A stretch of 64,000 bases of DNA from Negaprion brevirostris (taxonomy: Eukaryota), in assembly GCA_030324005.1 (NCBI GenBank), contig JARDVH010000128.1, forward strand, positions 18,346,545-18,410,544. Direction: 5' to 3'. Every line of letters starts with the position of its first letter. Position 1 is the stretch's first letter. The position numbers were made by a program, and so were the translations under genes. The notes under the pieces are model-generated. The model was not told the origin of the DNA. It was given only the letters and a program-made list of their open reading frames with translations, and did not search any database. Shown here piece by piece: positions 1 through 12,119 of the stretch.

Positions 1-75
1 CTTTTCTCTCCTTACAGATGCTACCAGACTGCTGAGATTTTCCAGCATTTTCTCTTTTGACTTTAGATTCCAGGG
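1..75 (+). repeat. Penelope-like terminal repeat fragment
   Basis: acagatgct..gactgctgag..tttccagcattttc motif, also seen at about 6915-7090, 26850-26960 and 45270-45370, and at the ends of the Penelope remnant at 36.5-38.2 kb. Confidence 0.55.
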
Positions 76-949
76 CCGAATGGGATTATGCTTATACCCC
101 ATCAGGCCCTGGGGACTTGTCTACCTTAACGTTTCTCAAGATCCAGAATACCATCTCCTTTTTGATCTCAACATGACCCAAACTATCTACAAAAGGCCTT
201 TGACTCAGTTTGGTTTGGAATTATACACACACGTTATATGCCATGCTGTTATTACACACAAATAAATGTTGACATCATTTCTATACAGCAACTTTAAGTT
301 ACAAACTATGGTATGAAAGGGAGAAAGACATTGGTATGTTAATTGAGTGCTCTTTCAAAATTCATTTGGTGGAGGAAGCTGCAGTTAGGACAAATAGTCC
401 TGGAATGTGTGGCATAGACTATTCATTACAAAACTAACATCACAATAATAGTATTGTGCTAGGCTTTGGTCAGGATCTTGCCACACAAATAATGACCAGA
501 AGTGCTCCTTGAGAAAGTGTCACTGCATATTGTAAATCAAGTTGCTGTTCCCAAAATGGTTACTTCCTATTTACTACAAGTATAAAGGATGTCAGAGGGA
601 TGAAAGAGAAGTGAATTTGTTTCGATACCTAATTTGTTACAGAATGGATATGGGGCAGATGTTCAGCGACTCATTATGAAACCAAAAAGGTGCTGGAACA
701 AGGTGCTGGATTGAAATAAAATAATGAATCATTTGTTAATAAATTTCAATATATAAAATCACTACAATGGTCGCTGTTGTTACTCAAACTTCAATTTATA
801 TGGCATCTTCAATGTAAAACATCTTAAGGCATTTTGTGGGAACAGTATAAAACAAAATGACGTTAAGCCATGCAAGAATGGATCAGATGAGGTCAGCTTT
901 GAGGAGTATCTTAAAGAAGGAAATAAAGGTGGAGAGGTTTAGGTTAATA

Positions 950-2865
950 GATAAATGTCCTCGAGCTTGCTCCACTGGTCATGGAGAGGCAGGCATCTCG
1001 GACGAAGGCAAGAGTGCAGTGCACAGATATGAGATTGGCAGGGAGTGAAAACGGTGTTGTCATCTGAAATGGAATTGTCAAGAGTGCCCATTAATTCTCC
1101 AATCACAACGGCACCATGATGCAGCTCCCCATTTTATCACCAGCCCACTAGCATGATAGTTGACTGTGTGATGATTGAATGCACTGACATATTCCTCGCT
1201 TAGATGCAACATCTTCAAGAGGCTCCAGAGAAAGTCCCCTTTAACTACTAAGGAGGACACACAGACAGATGCATCTGCATCACACCCTTTCCAGACCAGT
1301 GTAGATACAAACACATCAGAGGACATTCATTGTTGGCCGAGATGGCATGCCACATTTGCGCAAGGAGCTGGCAGAGGAAGAGAGTACTCCATGCATGGCG
1401 GAGGGATGGATACCAAGGCAATGCTGAGTCTGAGGCAGATGATGAGCTTCTGGAGTCAATGGGATGCCAGATGCTGGATGTCCAGTGGGATGTGTGGGAA
1501 GATCTGCTGGAGACCAAGGGCCGTGTGCTATGGTCTCTGTCACGGAGGAGTCCATGGGGAACATGAGCAATGTGTTTACTCTGAGCATTGAGCATACTGC
1601 CTCCTTCAATGAGACAGTGGTGACTCTCACAGAGGCAGTTTCCAAACAGAATTGGGATTTCAGGGGTTATGCTTGGACCTGCAGCCCTTACATAGACAAT
1701 GTCCTCAGCTGATGGATGACGCATCTAGTCTCCATGCTAAATGCCTGTTGATTAATGGTGAAAAAGGGAGGTTTGAACCTCATACTGGCAGATGAACTGA
1801 ATGTCACCTGGCAGTTTCCTCTCAGGTTACTCCAGAGGGCAGCAGCTTTTCTGCCAGTGACTGCTGCATCTGAAAGGGCCATGACAGTTGAATGTCCAAC
1901 TGTGACACTGCAACTTCTTTCCAAGTAATGTCTGCACACACTCAGCCAGCAAAACAATTGCCAACCACAACAAAGTCAACAGGCTGCTTCCAATGCCACT
2001 GCTGGCAAGAATGGGAAACAAAAACACAGCACCTGTAAACATGACCTACCTTGAGCATAACAGAGGCTTCTCATGGGTGACATTATTTCTGTTCATATTT
2101 CAAAACTCTTTTGATGACCAGAGTATGTGTAATTTTTTTAAAAAAAATATAGGTGGCGATGGCAGGGGCTTTGAACTTTATTGTATAAACTGTGGTTGGA
2201 ATTTGGGTTTCTGGGTTTGCAAATCATAAATGTCTTTTATNNNNNNNNNNNNNNNNNNNNNNNNNNNNNNNNNNNNNNNNNNNNNNNNNNNNNNNNNNNN
2301 NNNNNNNNNNNNNNNNNNNNNNNNNNNNNNNNNNNNNNNNNNNNNNNNNNNNNNNNNNNNNNNNNNNNNNNNNNNNNNNNNNNNNNNNNNNNNNNNNNNN
2401 NNNNNNNNNNNNNNNNNNNNNNNNNNNNNNNNNNNNNNNNNNNNNNNNNNNNNNNNNNNNNNNCCAGAGCCAGAGTGTGCAGAGGACAACGATTATTAGG
2501 GATGCATGCTCTGGAGGATACAGCAGTACTCCCTTGATCAGTCCAGACCTCTGAATGCATCTTTAGCAGGCCAATAGTTCCCTCTATCATCATCCTTGTG
2601 GAGGCATGACTACTTTTATATCTCTCTTCCTCTGTTCTTGGGTGACAGAGTAGGGTCCTGATCCACCTTGTCAAGGGATAGCCCTTGTCACCCAGGAGCC
2701 ATCCTTCCAAAGTAGGAAAAGCAACAAGCAGCCTTGGCATGGCCTGTGTCACAGGATGTACGCATGACATGGGCACAGACTCACAGGATCTACGTCTTGT
2801 GGTCACAAATGATATGCACAGTTATTGAGTGAAACCACTTCCAGTTCATGAAGGCTTTTGACTCA
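950..2865 (-). mobile_element. Decayed PIF/Harbinger DNA transposon (transposase remnant 2464-2860 minus; probable second-ORF remnant about 950-2060 plus)
   Basis: WLLGDKGYPL...EERYKSSHASTRMMIEGTIGLLKM and upstream FMNWKWFHSITVHIICDH match HARBI1/DDE_Tnp_4 motifs; stops and frameshifts present. Left boundary uncertain. Confidence 0.8.
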
Positions 2866-2940
2866 CCTGTAAGTGCCTTCAGAATACAATGAACTAGCTC
2901 TAATCATGAGTACCCACAATTAAGCAATGAACAGAATGCC

Positions 2941-3045
2941 AAAGCAAAACAAAAAGCACGTACACGCACCAAGTGTTTATTTGTAACATTACATGCAAGA
3001 ATCAAGCACTACAGAATTTAAACAGTAGTAACAGTTCAGTACAAA
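2941..3045 (-). terminator. Putative distal polyadenylation signal of TOM1L2
   Basis: AATAAA (minus) at 2976-2981, UGUA motifs upstream at 2990, 3010 and 3040, and a GU/U-rich downstream tract at 2941-2970. Confidence 0.55.
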
Positions 3046-3985
3046 CCACACATTCATACAATTTTTTTACACAATGTGACATAATTCACAAGTCTGTGCA
3101 GAAACACAAATTAGTGAAATACCAGGTTATAGACAAATATATATGAAGTATATTCTCATTATGTGGAAACAAAACCCAAAAAAGCCAAAATGTTTATAAA
3201 TAAATATTAAACTACATTCCTGTGCTGATTGACTAACATACAAGGGTTTAGCTCTTACAGCCTACAAGGTTATGCATTGTTATATGAATGTAATTGAGGT
3301 CACACTGTTAAGCTCCATAATTTTGAGTTGGTTATACGTTTAACAAGCTTTTACAAAGTAATCACTTCTCTGCAGTACCAACCCAACACTGAATTGCAAT
3401 TATAATCATGTATCTTACTTGTAACAAACTAGGTCCTGGATCTAAAGATTGGATTCATTCTTTAATTCATCCCCTTTCCATTTACTAAAAGTAGAAACTC
3501 AAAAACGATATTTAACCTTCTTGATTTTTTTTGACATTGATAGTTTGACACCCCTTGCACATGTCAACCACCGAGACCCCAGACCTTTCTGCATGTACAC
3601 CCTGTACTAGAATAGGTTTTATATGCCAGTCTGAATTAAGCCAGGATTAGAAAGAACATCCTCTTAAAATGGGGAAAATGCACACAAAAATCCATATACA
3701 ATTTTAAGCTGAATCATAAAAATCAGGATTACACACTTGGAGGCAGTGAGTGTGCACTAAGTGCTATGGGAGAAGTTAAGAACAAGAAATAGGAGTGAGA
3801 ATAGACCGTTTGGCCCCCGAAGCCTGCTCTGCCATTCCATAAAATCATGACTGATCTTATAGCGGCCAAAATAATTTTGATACATTGTGGCGAGGAGAGA
3901 GATGCGTCAGCTTTTTAGGGGAAGGGGAAAATGGGATTGGGGAGGTAATTGTACATTGTAGTGTATAGCTACTTCTCATCCTCTT

Positions 3986-4288
3986 CTAAAGTTTGTTTAT
4001 TTATTTGTGTCACAAGAAGGCTTACATTGCAATGAAGTTACTATGAAAATCCCCCAGTCACCACACTCCAACACATGATTAGGTATGTTGAGGAGCAATT
4101 TTAGCATGGCCAATGCCTAACCAGCACGTTTTTCGGACTGTGGGAGAAAACCGGAGCACCTAGAGGAAACCTGCGCAGACATGAGAAGGAAGTGCAGACT
4201 CTGCACAGACAGTGACTCAAGCCGTGAATCGCACCCAAGTCCCTGGTGCTGTGAGGCAGCAGTGCTAAGCACTGCCATCATGCTGTCC
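3986..4288 (-). mobile_element. HE1-like tRNA-derived SINE (V-SINE type)
   Basis: tRNA-like head, tctgcacag...ttggccatgctaaa core and A-rich tail, shared with other copies in the window. Confidence 0.8.
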
Positions 4289-7200
4289 TAATATATCCAA
4301 ACAAGTGAAAGAACATATCAGAACATTAGCTTAGGTACTGTGCATTTATACATTTTTATTCATTAAATATTGCAGCATTTTATATTTGTTACTCTACTTT
4401 TAAAAATCTTAAATTGTTTTACACAGCCTGACAAAGGAAAGTCTGTAGTTGGACAACATTTTGCTCAATAAAAAGTATAATTAGATGTAACATCCAAAGC
4501 CGTTCATCATGTGACAGGAGGGAAAGCGTTGTTCTTAAATCATCTCAGAACCTCATTCTCCCTGGAAATTCTGTACTATCCCTCAAGTACTCTCAATGGA
4601 CCCAGTCAAGTTTAGAACTCCTTTAACATTGCACTGCCCAACTAACCTCAAATTCAGAAAAAACAGCCCCATATCAGCTAACATTTCTAACTGCCTCACC
4701 TAGAATTCAAGTGATGTTATTATTTTACTGGCAGTGGGATAGGGGTGGGTTAACAGTATAGTGAAAAGGTGCTGTTGTGGTCGTGACTATTTTGAAAAAG
4801 GTATCTATATTTCTTTTCCTTATAGCACTCATTTTCAATTCACCCACCTCCTGTCCTACAGTGCTCCTCCTCCCAAAAATCCAATGTGGAACAGGACTTT
4901 TCATTCCAAGCTCATTCACAGGACAACATTCTCCATTGGGCAGCATTTCCAAGGTTGTAAAAGAACAGTAAAAATAATTTCTGATATTGGTGAATGTTTG
5001 TAAGAAAACATGAGTGAACAATTTACAATGTTTATCCCACATTATCTGTTCATTATATTTAAAATATTTTTTAATACCACTTTTTAGTAATAGATATCCA
5101 ATCATTATTTGCAGCATCCATAATCCTTGCATCTTAACAGTATCTGCAAATTTACAATAGATTTAATAATGGATAAAGGATACCAACTCAAAATATGTGT
5201 CTCAACAGGTCAAAACATCTAACCAGTTTTCCAAGCCGAAACACTGGTATAGAAAACTCACCACTGCACACTCATAAGGATCTGTGAAAGTACAATTTCA
5301 TTGTTACAAAATACACACACTTCCGACCCATTCTTTTAACAAGCACATGGTTGAAGTGATTTGCAAATCAGGAGGACTTTTCTGCTACTACGCAAGTGGC
5401 AACACCTAGCAGGTCTACAGTTAAGGAGGCAACGTTAATTGGGGTCATTAATTACTACACCATTTGAGATGATGATCAGATTGGTATTAACAAACACCGC
5501 TGATCAAAAGGATCTTAATGCTAATGTCATTATTACACACCATGCTACTCAACAATGAGAAATATTACATTTCAATACTATTGCTGCTAATTGCATGTAC
5601 ACATTACTTTAATTTTTGTTACATTAACATGTTTGGCAGGTTTATTAAATTACACATTCCTTATACTACCAACACATTGTCTATTTATCAAAGTATCAGA
5701 ATTTCTGTTACTGAAAGTATCTTTTTACAATAAATCCATTGAACTGTACATTAATATTCATATTAACAGATGCTAACCCTTTTGTACACATTTGAACAAA
5801 GTCCCTCCAGGATGGTATAATACTCTTTATCTATACCTGCAGGGCTGTTTTTCCAGTTTTTTCCTTGCTACAATAGTGNNNNNNNNNNNNNNNNNNNNNN
5901 NNNNNNNNNNNNNNNNNNNNNNNNNNNNNNNNNNNNNNNNNNNNNNNNNNAGTTCACAAACCAAGCCAGTTTAATCTATTCCACTAACCTGGAAAGGGGG
6001 AAGCAACAAAGTTTTTAAGTTATCCCTCAGCAAAACCGAGAGATGGAACAAACCTGTAGATAAATAGGAGGTAAGAAACTGCACTGATTAGAACGTGCCC
6101 AAATCCTCAGTTTAATAGATATGGATATTCACACATCACAAAGGGGATTCCTTCTTCTGTTTTATTAGCTTTGACTCCTATTCAAGATGTTAAATCAGGC
6201 ATTAATGGGAATGTACAAACGCGGAGCAAAGTAGATCTATTGGGTCTGGAAAGCAACAAACAAAGCTTCTACCAGCAAAGCCTGTTGAAGTTACTTCGGC
6301 AGTTTAATTGGGAACAGCTCTGGAAAGAAATCTTAAAACTTCCCTTACATATTATAAAAGGTGCTTAATATAAGTAACCACATATCCCACCTTAGAGTTC
6401 GTATTTCTATGGTAAAATAGATCTGAAAACTTAACACAAAGCTAAGTTAACAGCCATAGTGTCTAACAGACCAGTACCCGAAATACTGGTATCTCAGCTG
6501 TGGAAAACAAAATGACCAGTGAGTTGGACATAACTACATTTTGTCAGTCTTACAACAGTTCTTTATGGGTCAGAGCACTGATCGAGAGGAAAAAGAATTT
6601 ATTTTTATTACTAAATTTAGCAATTGTGTTGTGAAAAATAAGATTCACAGATCCATATTCCTTTATAAAAAAGAACATTACTACTACCTAACCATGTATG
6701 ACATACAGATGCTAACCCTAACCATACATAGATACATTTACTTGAATTGTAGTGCAAGCCATACACATATCACAAAACCGTATGTATTTGTGCATCCCTG
6801 GTATTATTTTTGTTTTACTTTATAATGTTAGGTGTTTGAAATATTTTTCCACAGTAGAATATTTAGAGTTTGAGAATATGTAAAAATAATAAACATAACA
6901 ATTGAAATAATTCAAATAAAAACTAAAAAATGCTGGAAAGCTTCAGTTGGACAAGCTACATCTGTAAGAAATAATGTTTTAATGACCTTTCAGCAGAAAT
7001 GTTAACTCTTTCTCTTAACAGATGTTGTCTGATCTGCTGATGAGAGCTTTTACTTTGGATATCAGACAGCTGCTGTTTTCCACGTTGGATTTAAAATTAT
7101 TGAGAGGTTTATGGAGAAGTCAACTTTTCAAAATAACACTGATAAGTTGGGCTTTTAACGTTCCCACAGCTCATCATCTTGATGAAGTATTTAGCAAACC

Positions 7201-8434
7201 TGGCTATAGGCTAAAAATTAGTTACATCACAATAGACGCAGCACTATTTAATGAGAGTAGACCATGGTTTTTCTCTTTACCCACATGCCAGGACAAAAAA
7301 AAATGACAGTGGAATGGGTCAAGTCAGCATTCTACTATGAACAAACAGAATGCAAAAACAGATCTAGCGGATGCAGTTGACATGGAGATATACTTGTAAA
7401 GTTGCACTGTTGAATTATTCATGACATGAATATCATTTACCCACAACTTGAACTACAGAAACACCAAATGTAAAAGCACCAATGGATGTTAAGTGATTTT
7501 CTATACTTAAAACCTGGATGTATTGTGGAGCAGGAGGTGGGTAGGTGTTAAAACAGTTCATAACGCTTTAGATAAAGATTGGAGAATAAAAATTCCGTGG
7601 ATTTTTCAGAAAATACAGATATTCAAAAGGCTGAGGCAATGTTATTCATTAGAAAAAGAATAACAGTAGTTTGGATTTTCATAGCTCTTTCAATGTAGGA
7701 AAACATACATTATTGTGTAATAAGACAAAAAAAGACACCAAGCCAGAGGATAACATATCCAGTCAGGTGACTTAATAGTTTGACAAGTTTCAAGGAGATT
7801 CTTATAGTAGAGAGAAGCAGACAGGCTTAGGAAGAGAATTCCAGAGTTTATGGCTGAGCTGTTTGTAGATCTCAACCACTAATGGAAACATCCAATGTTA
7901 TAAATTGATTCACGTAGGGCACTGCTACCAAGACATGGCTTGGGTTGGGGGGGGGGGGGGGGGGGGNNNNNNNNNNNNNNNNNNNNNNNNNNNNNNNNNN
8001 NNNNNNNNNNNNNNNNNNNNNNNNNNNNNNNNNNNNNNNNNNNNNNNNNNNNNNNNNNNNNNNNNNCTATATCAGCTAATACATTTTCATCTCATTATTT
8101 AATGAAAACAATTCTACCCTGTTGCTTTACAGCTCAAAAAAACTCAGTAGAGGCATTACAAGTTTGGAAAGGATAAAATTTCTAAATGCACTGTAGGTCT
8201 TTTACCCATAGTTCTGAGGGGAACATTAGAAATAAATCATAACAATCCTTAAGTTTTACCAAGTATTACCAATAAGACAAATCTCTAATCACCAGCTTTT
8301 AGCAGCACAGGTATTGTTACTGCTAAAAAATGAAAATGGAAAACTAGCCAGCGTCAGTAGTAAAATGACGTGATGAGTGCTCTGACCTTCCATCTACAGC
8401 ACCTGCAGCTCTAATTACCATGCCAGTCAATTGG

Positions 8435-8595
8435 CAAGATTAGATAAATTTTTGAACAGTAAAGGAATTAAGGGTTATGGTGAGCAGGCGGATAAGTGGA
8501 GCTGCACCCACGAAAAGATCAGCCAGGATATTTTTGAATGGTGGAACAGGCTCAATGGGCCAGATGGCCTAATCCTGCTCATAGTTCTTATGTTC
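8435..8595 (+). mobile_element. CR1-like LINE 3' end fragment
   Basis: Closely similar to 40285-40445 (gatagataaatttttgaatagtaaaggaattaagggttatggtgagc). Confidence 0.7.
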
Positions 8596-8774
8596 TAACT
8601 CATCCAAGGGACAAATGTACAGCTGGAATAGCCAAAGCATTGACCAAAAAAATTCCGGACAAATGGTCTGATTCAAGTACCGAAAGAACAGACTCACCAG
8701 CCTTTCAGAAAGGCAAAAACAGAGAAGGCAAATTTGGAGCACAACTATTGGACAATGACAAGTGCCGGAATCTT

Positions 8775-9073
8775 AGAATCATAGAATCCCTACAGTTTAG
8801 AAGAAAGCCATTTGGCTCACTGAGCCCGCGCCAACAACAATCCCACTCAAGCCGTATCCCTGTAACCCCACATACATACCCCTTGACACTAAGAGACAAC
8901 ATAACTACTCAAACAAACCTGCACATCCTTAGACTTTGGGTGGAAACCAGAGCACCCAGAGGAAACCCATGCAGCCACAGGGAGAACATGCAAGATCACA
9001 CAGTCACCCAAGGCCAGAATTGAACCCCAGCCCCTGGCGCTATGAGGTAACAGTGCTAACCACTGTGCCACCC
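8775..9073 (-). mobile_element. HE1-like SINE
   Basis: gggtggcacagtggttagcactg head (minus) and (gattctat)n LINE-like tail. Confidence 0.85.
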
Positions 9074-10635
9074 TCATTTTATCACCATTCACACCGGCGG
9101 GAATTTTCCATCTTGCTGCAGTGAATGGAGATTTGGCTGGCCACCAAATTCTCCGACCTTGCTAAAGCAGGAGCATGGCGCGAACTGCANNNNNNNNNNN
9201 NNNNNNNNNNNNNNNNNNNNNNNNNNNNNNNNNNNNNNNNNNNNNNNNNNNNNNNNNNNNNNNNNNNNNNNNNNNNNNNNNNNNNNNNNCGAACTGCAGA
9301 TAAGATCGCACCCATGGATACAAGATGGTAATGGTAAAGACAGGGTTTGGAATCAGTTGAAGGGTTTAATGTTTGGAATAGCCTTGCAGATAGGAAAATG
9401 GAGGATGAAACTCTGGAATCATAAATGAGGAGACGATTAAATGCTTCAGCATTAGGGTTTAGATTTCTATGGAAGAATGAACTGGATAGAATAAAAGGCC
9501 TCCGTTAACTTGTATATAACCCAAACTTGCAGGTGAAAAGTACAAAACCTATAATCTGTTTCCTCCCCTACCAACAAACTCAAAGTAAACATCAGGATTT
9601 ACATAGACCTGACTACAGGAGATGGGATTATATCTCAGTGAAGCCTCATTGTGTAGATGGTTATCCTATCTCACAGACAATAGATGTGTTTCTGAGCGGT
9701 TGATGAGTTGTTTCAATAATGGTTCCAGGAAAAACACTGCTCCTAAGTGGGGAAAAATTTCCCAACACCAACAAAGCAGGACTTAACTAAAACAAAATAA
9801 GACTACACACATACACAATTACTTCAGAAATTGTCATTTAACCACTTTGCAAAAGCATGCACAAGTGGATGCTCGTGCAGCAATCATCATCTTCCCTTGG
9901 CTACATCAGGGTTCATCCTGCATTTAATGCACATTTCCAATGCATTTCTAGCTGAAATGCATTGCGTTTTAGTGTTATACATGAAATACAATTAGTATAG
10001 TCCAGCACTAAAATATAGTTTAGAATAAACTTGTGAATTTCTCTAGTATCCCTTATCATACAGAAAACTTATATGATGCTTATTGCATTATATAAGGTGC
10101 TATGTCCGAACAGAACTGAGCTCTGGCCAGAGAAATCAGCTCACTTGGAAATTTAGGTTTTTTTTAAATAAGAAAGTACTTTTGCTGAAATTTTAATAAT
10201 TAACACTTTGTAATAATGCCAGAACAGGTAGTTATTTCAATTCCCTTTGGCAAGATACATGTTAATCAAGAAGTAGGGTCCTTTGAGCTAGTACTGTTCT
10301 CGGAGGTAGTGGCTCTAAACCATTATTTAGTTATGAACTGCAGAGACGTGTTACAAGTCCAATGATACATGTGCACAATACATCATTATGCATTATGTGG
10401 GGAACGCTAAAAGCCAATAGTTTAAAAAAATGTCAGTTTCAAACTGAAGAGTGCACACCAGTTTATGAATTATTTAGTGGGGGGGAGGGGCAGGAAGAGA
10501 ATGAAAGGAAATGCACAAAATGCAAGTGCATCACCAGCCATGTGTTGAGAAGCCACAGCAAACTGTACAGCAGCAACCTGCTCATTAACAGATTAACAGC
10601 ACGCACATACACACACCCAAAATTACACACGTCAG

Positions 10636-10787
10636 TTATAAAGCAAACAGTGTATCCTTGGAACGGTCTGGTTTCTTTACGCTTTCAGCAAGCACTGCCA
10701 AAGGAGTAGAGTTACTGGAGGGAGGGGAAGGTAGATTTGGGACTCTCTCTGCTGCTTTTGCTCTTTCTTCCAAAAATTTATCAAATT
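10636..10787 (-). CDS. TOM1L2: TOM1L2 last coding exon 15: (E)[49 protein letters not shown]
   Basis: poly-T then ccag acceptor; [12 protein letters not shown] and terminal LFAL; TAA at 10636-10638. Confidence 0.97.
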
Positions 10788-11264
10788 CTGGAAAAAAAAA
10801 GTACACATTTAAATTCAATGTAAGATTTAGTGTATTCTTAAAGACAGTTGGGTTTTGTTTTGGTTCAACCTGTAGCCATGCATCAACCCTTGGTGAGAAC
10901 ATGGGCAGCTGACCTGCTCCTATACCACTGCCCCTCGAAGCAGCTGCAAGTGAGCATGGGAGAGTCACCCAGTGAGACTCACTTGTCAGTTTTCCTTCCC
11001 TTTGGAAATGTGTTGACTCTGTTTAGCCTCTTTGCCAATGGCACAGCCAAGCCTATGAACTCACCTCTGTGGAGAATCACCAGAACAGCATGTTGGTGCT
11101 CCAATCTCTCTGCCCTCACTGATTATTTCTAGGGTTTATGAACAGATAATATGATAAGAAATCCTGAACGTACACACTAACACTATATGAGGTTAGCATA
11201 TTAAAAGCTTATCTAAAACATACTGCAAACTACAGTTTATGAAAATACCAGATAAACACCTTAC

Positions 11265-11301
11265 CTTCACTTGTTACTCCTTCTTCTGCATCATCTCCTT
11301 T
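11265..11301 (-). CDS. TOM1L2: TOM1L2 exon 14, 37 nt: KGDDAEEGVTSE(E)
   Basis: tttcag acceptor, gtaag donor, phase 0 to 1; EGVTSEEF motif across the junction. Confidence 0.95.
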
Positions 11302-11734
11302 CTGAAATTAAAAAAAGTCTTTATAACACCTGTGGCTTGCATCTCTACAGCTCAAGCATATCTCACGGATAATAAAATTATTCTATTCATCTTTCCTCAA
11401 CAAAGCTGAAACAGAAGTTACATTTGCTGGAAAAAATCCATAGCAATTTGAGTTATCTTTTTAATATTTCAGAAGATTACCTCCTATTACTCTCACCCTC
11501 TCGATTATTTAGAAAATTCTCTGATTATTTAGAAAATGTGTAACAAAACAATGCAATACCAAGAGATTCAATGCAAGCAGATTCAAGAGATTAGGAGACA
11601 ACACTGAAATGTGTAGCCACTCAAAAGATGAAAGCTGCTGCTTTTGGAAACCAGAGGGTAAATCCAAATGTAATTTATAATCTGTTATTTTCTTCCGCCC
11701 AAAAGGACAAAGCAATGTTGTTGAGAGTACAATT

Positions 11735-12062
11735 GGGAGGCAATGGCCTAGTGGTATTATCGTGAGATTATTAATCCAGAAAGTCAGCTAATGTTCTGGG
11801 CAGATGGTGGAGATTAAATTCAATTTTAAAAAATCTGGAATTAAGAATCTACTGATGATCATGCAACCATTGCTGATTGTTGGAAAAACCCATCTGGTTC
11901 ACTAAAGCCCTTTAGGGAAGGAAATATGGTCTGGCTTACATGTGACTCCAGAGCCACAGCAATGTGGCTGACTTTCAACTGCCCTCCAAGGAGAACTAGG
12001 GATGGGCAATAAGTGCTTGCCAGCCAGCAATGCCCATGTTTCACAAATTAATACACAAAAAA
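11735..12062 (+). mobile_element. Second tRNA-derived SINE family
   Basis: ggcctagtggta head, aaaaacccatctggttcactaa core, gggatgggcaataa tail; further copies at 22285-22533(-), 45612-45977(+) and 55892-56140(+). Confidence 0.75.
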
Positions 12063-12119
12063 AATCTGTACCACAGTCCTGCCCAATCCCCACTGAATAA
12101 GAGCGTGAGGCAAAACTTG

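Noticed and set aside
2237-2806. Possible domesticated HARBI1 gene
   Set aside because: Stops and frameshifts in conserved motifs; it is a transposon fossil.
7946-7966. Poly-G run (G-quadruplex candidate)
   Set aside because: It abuts an N-gap; its length is unreliable and it may be a sequencing artefact.
10788-10968. N-terminal part of ORF 10636..10968 as a separate gene
   Set aside because: Only the part after the acceptor at 10787 matches TOM1L2; the rest is intron read-through.
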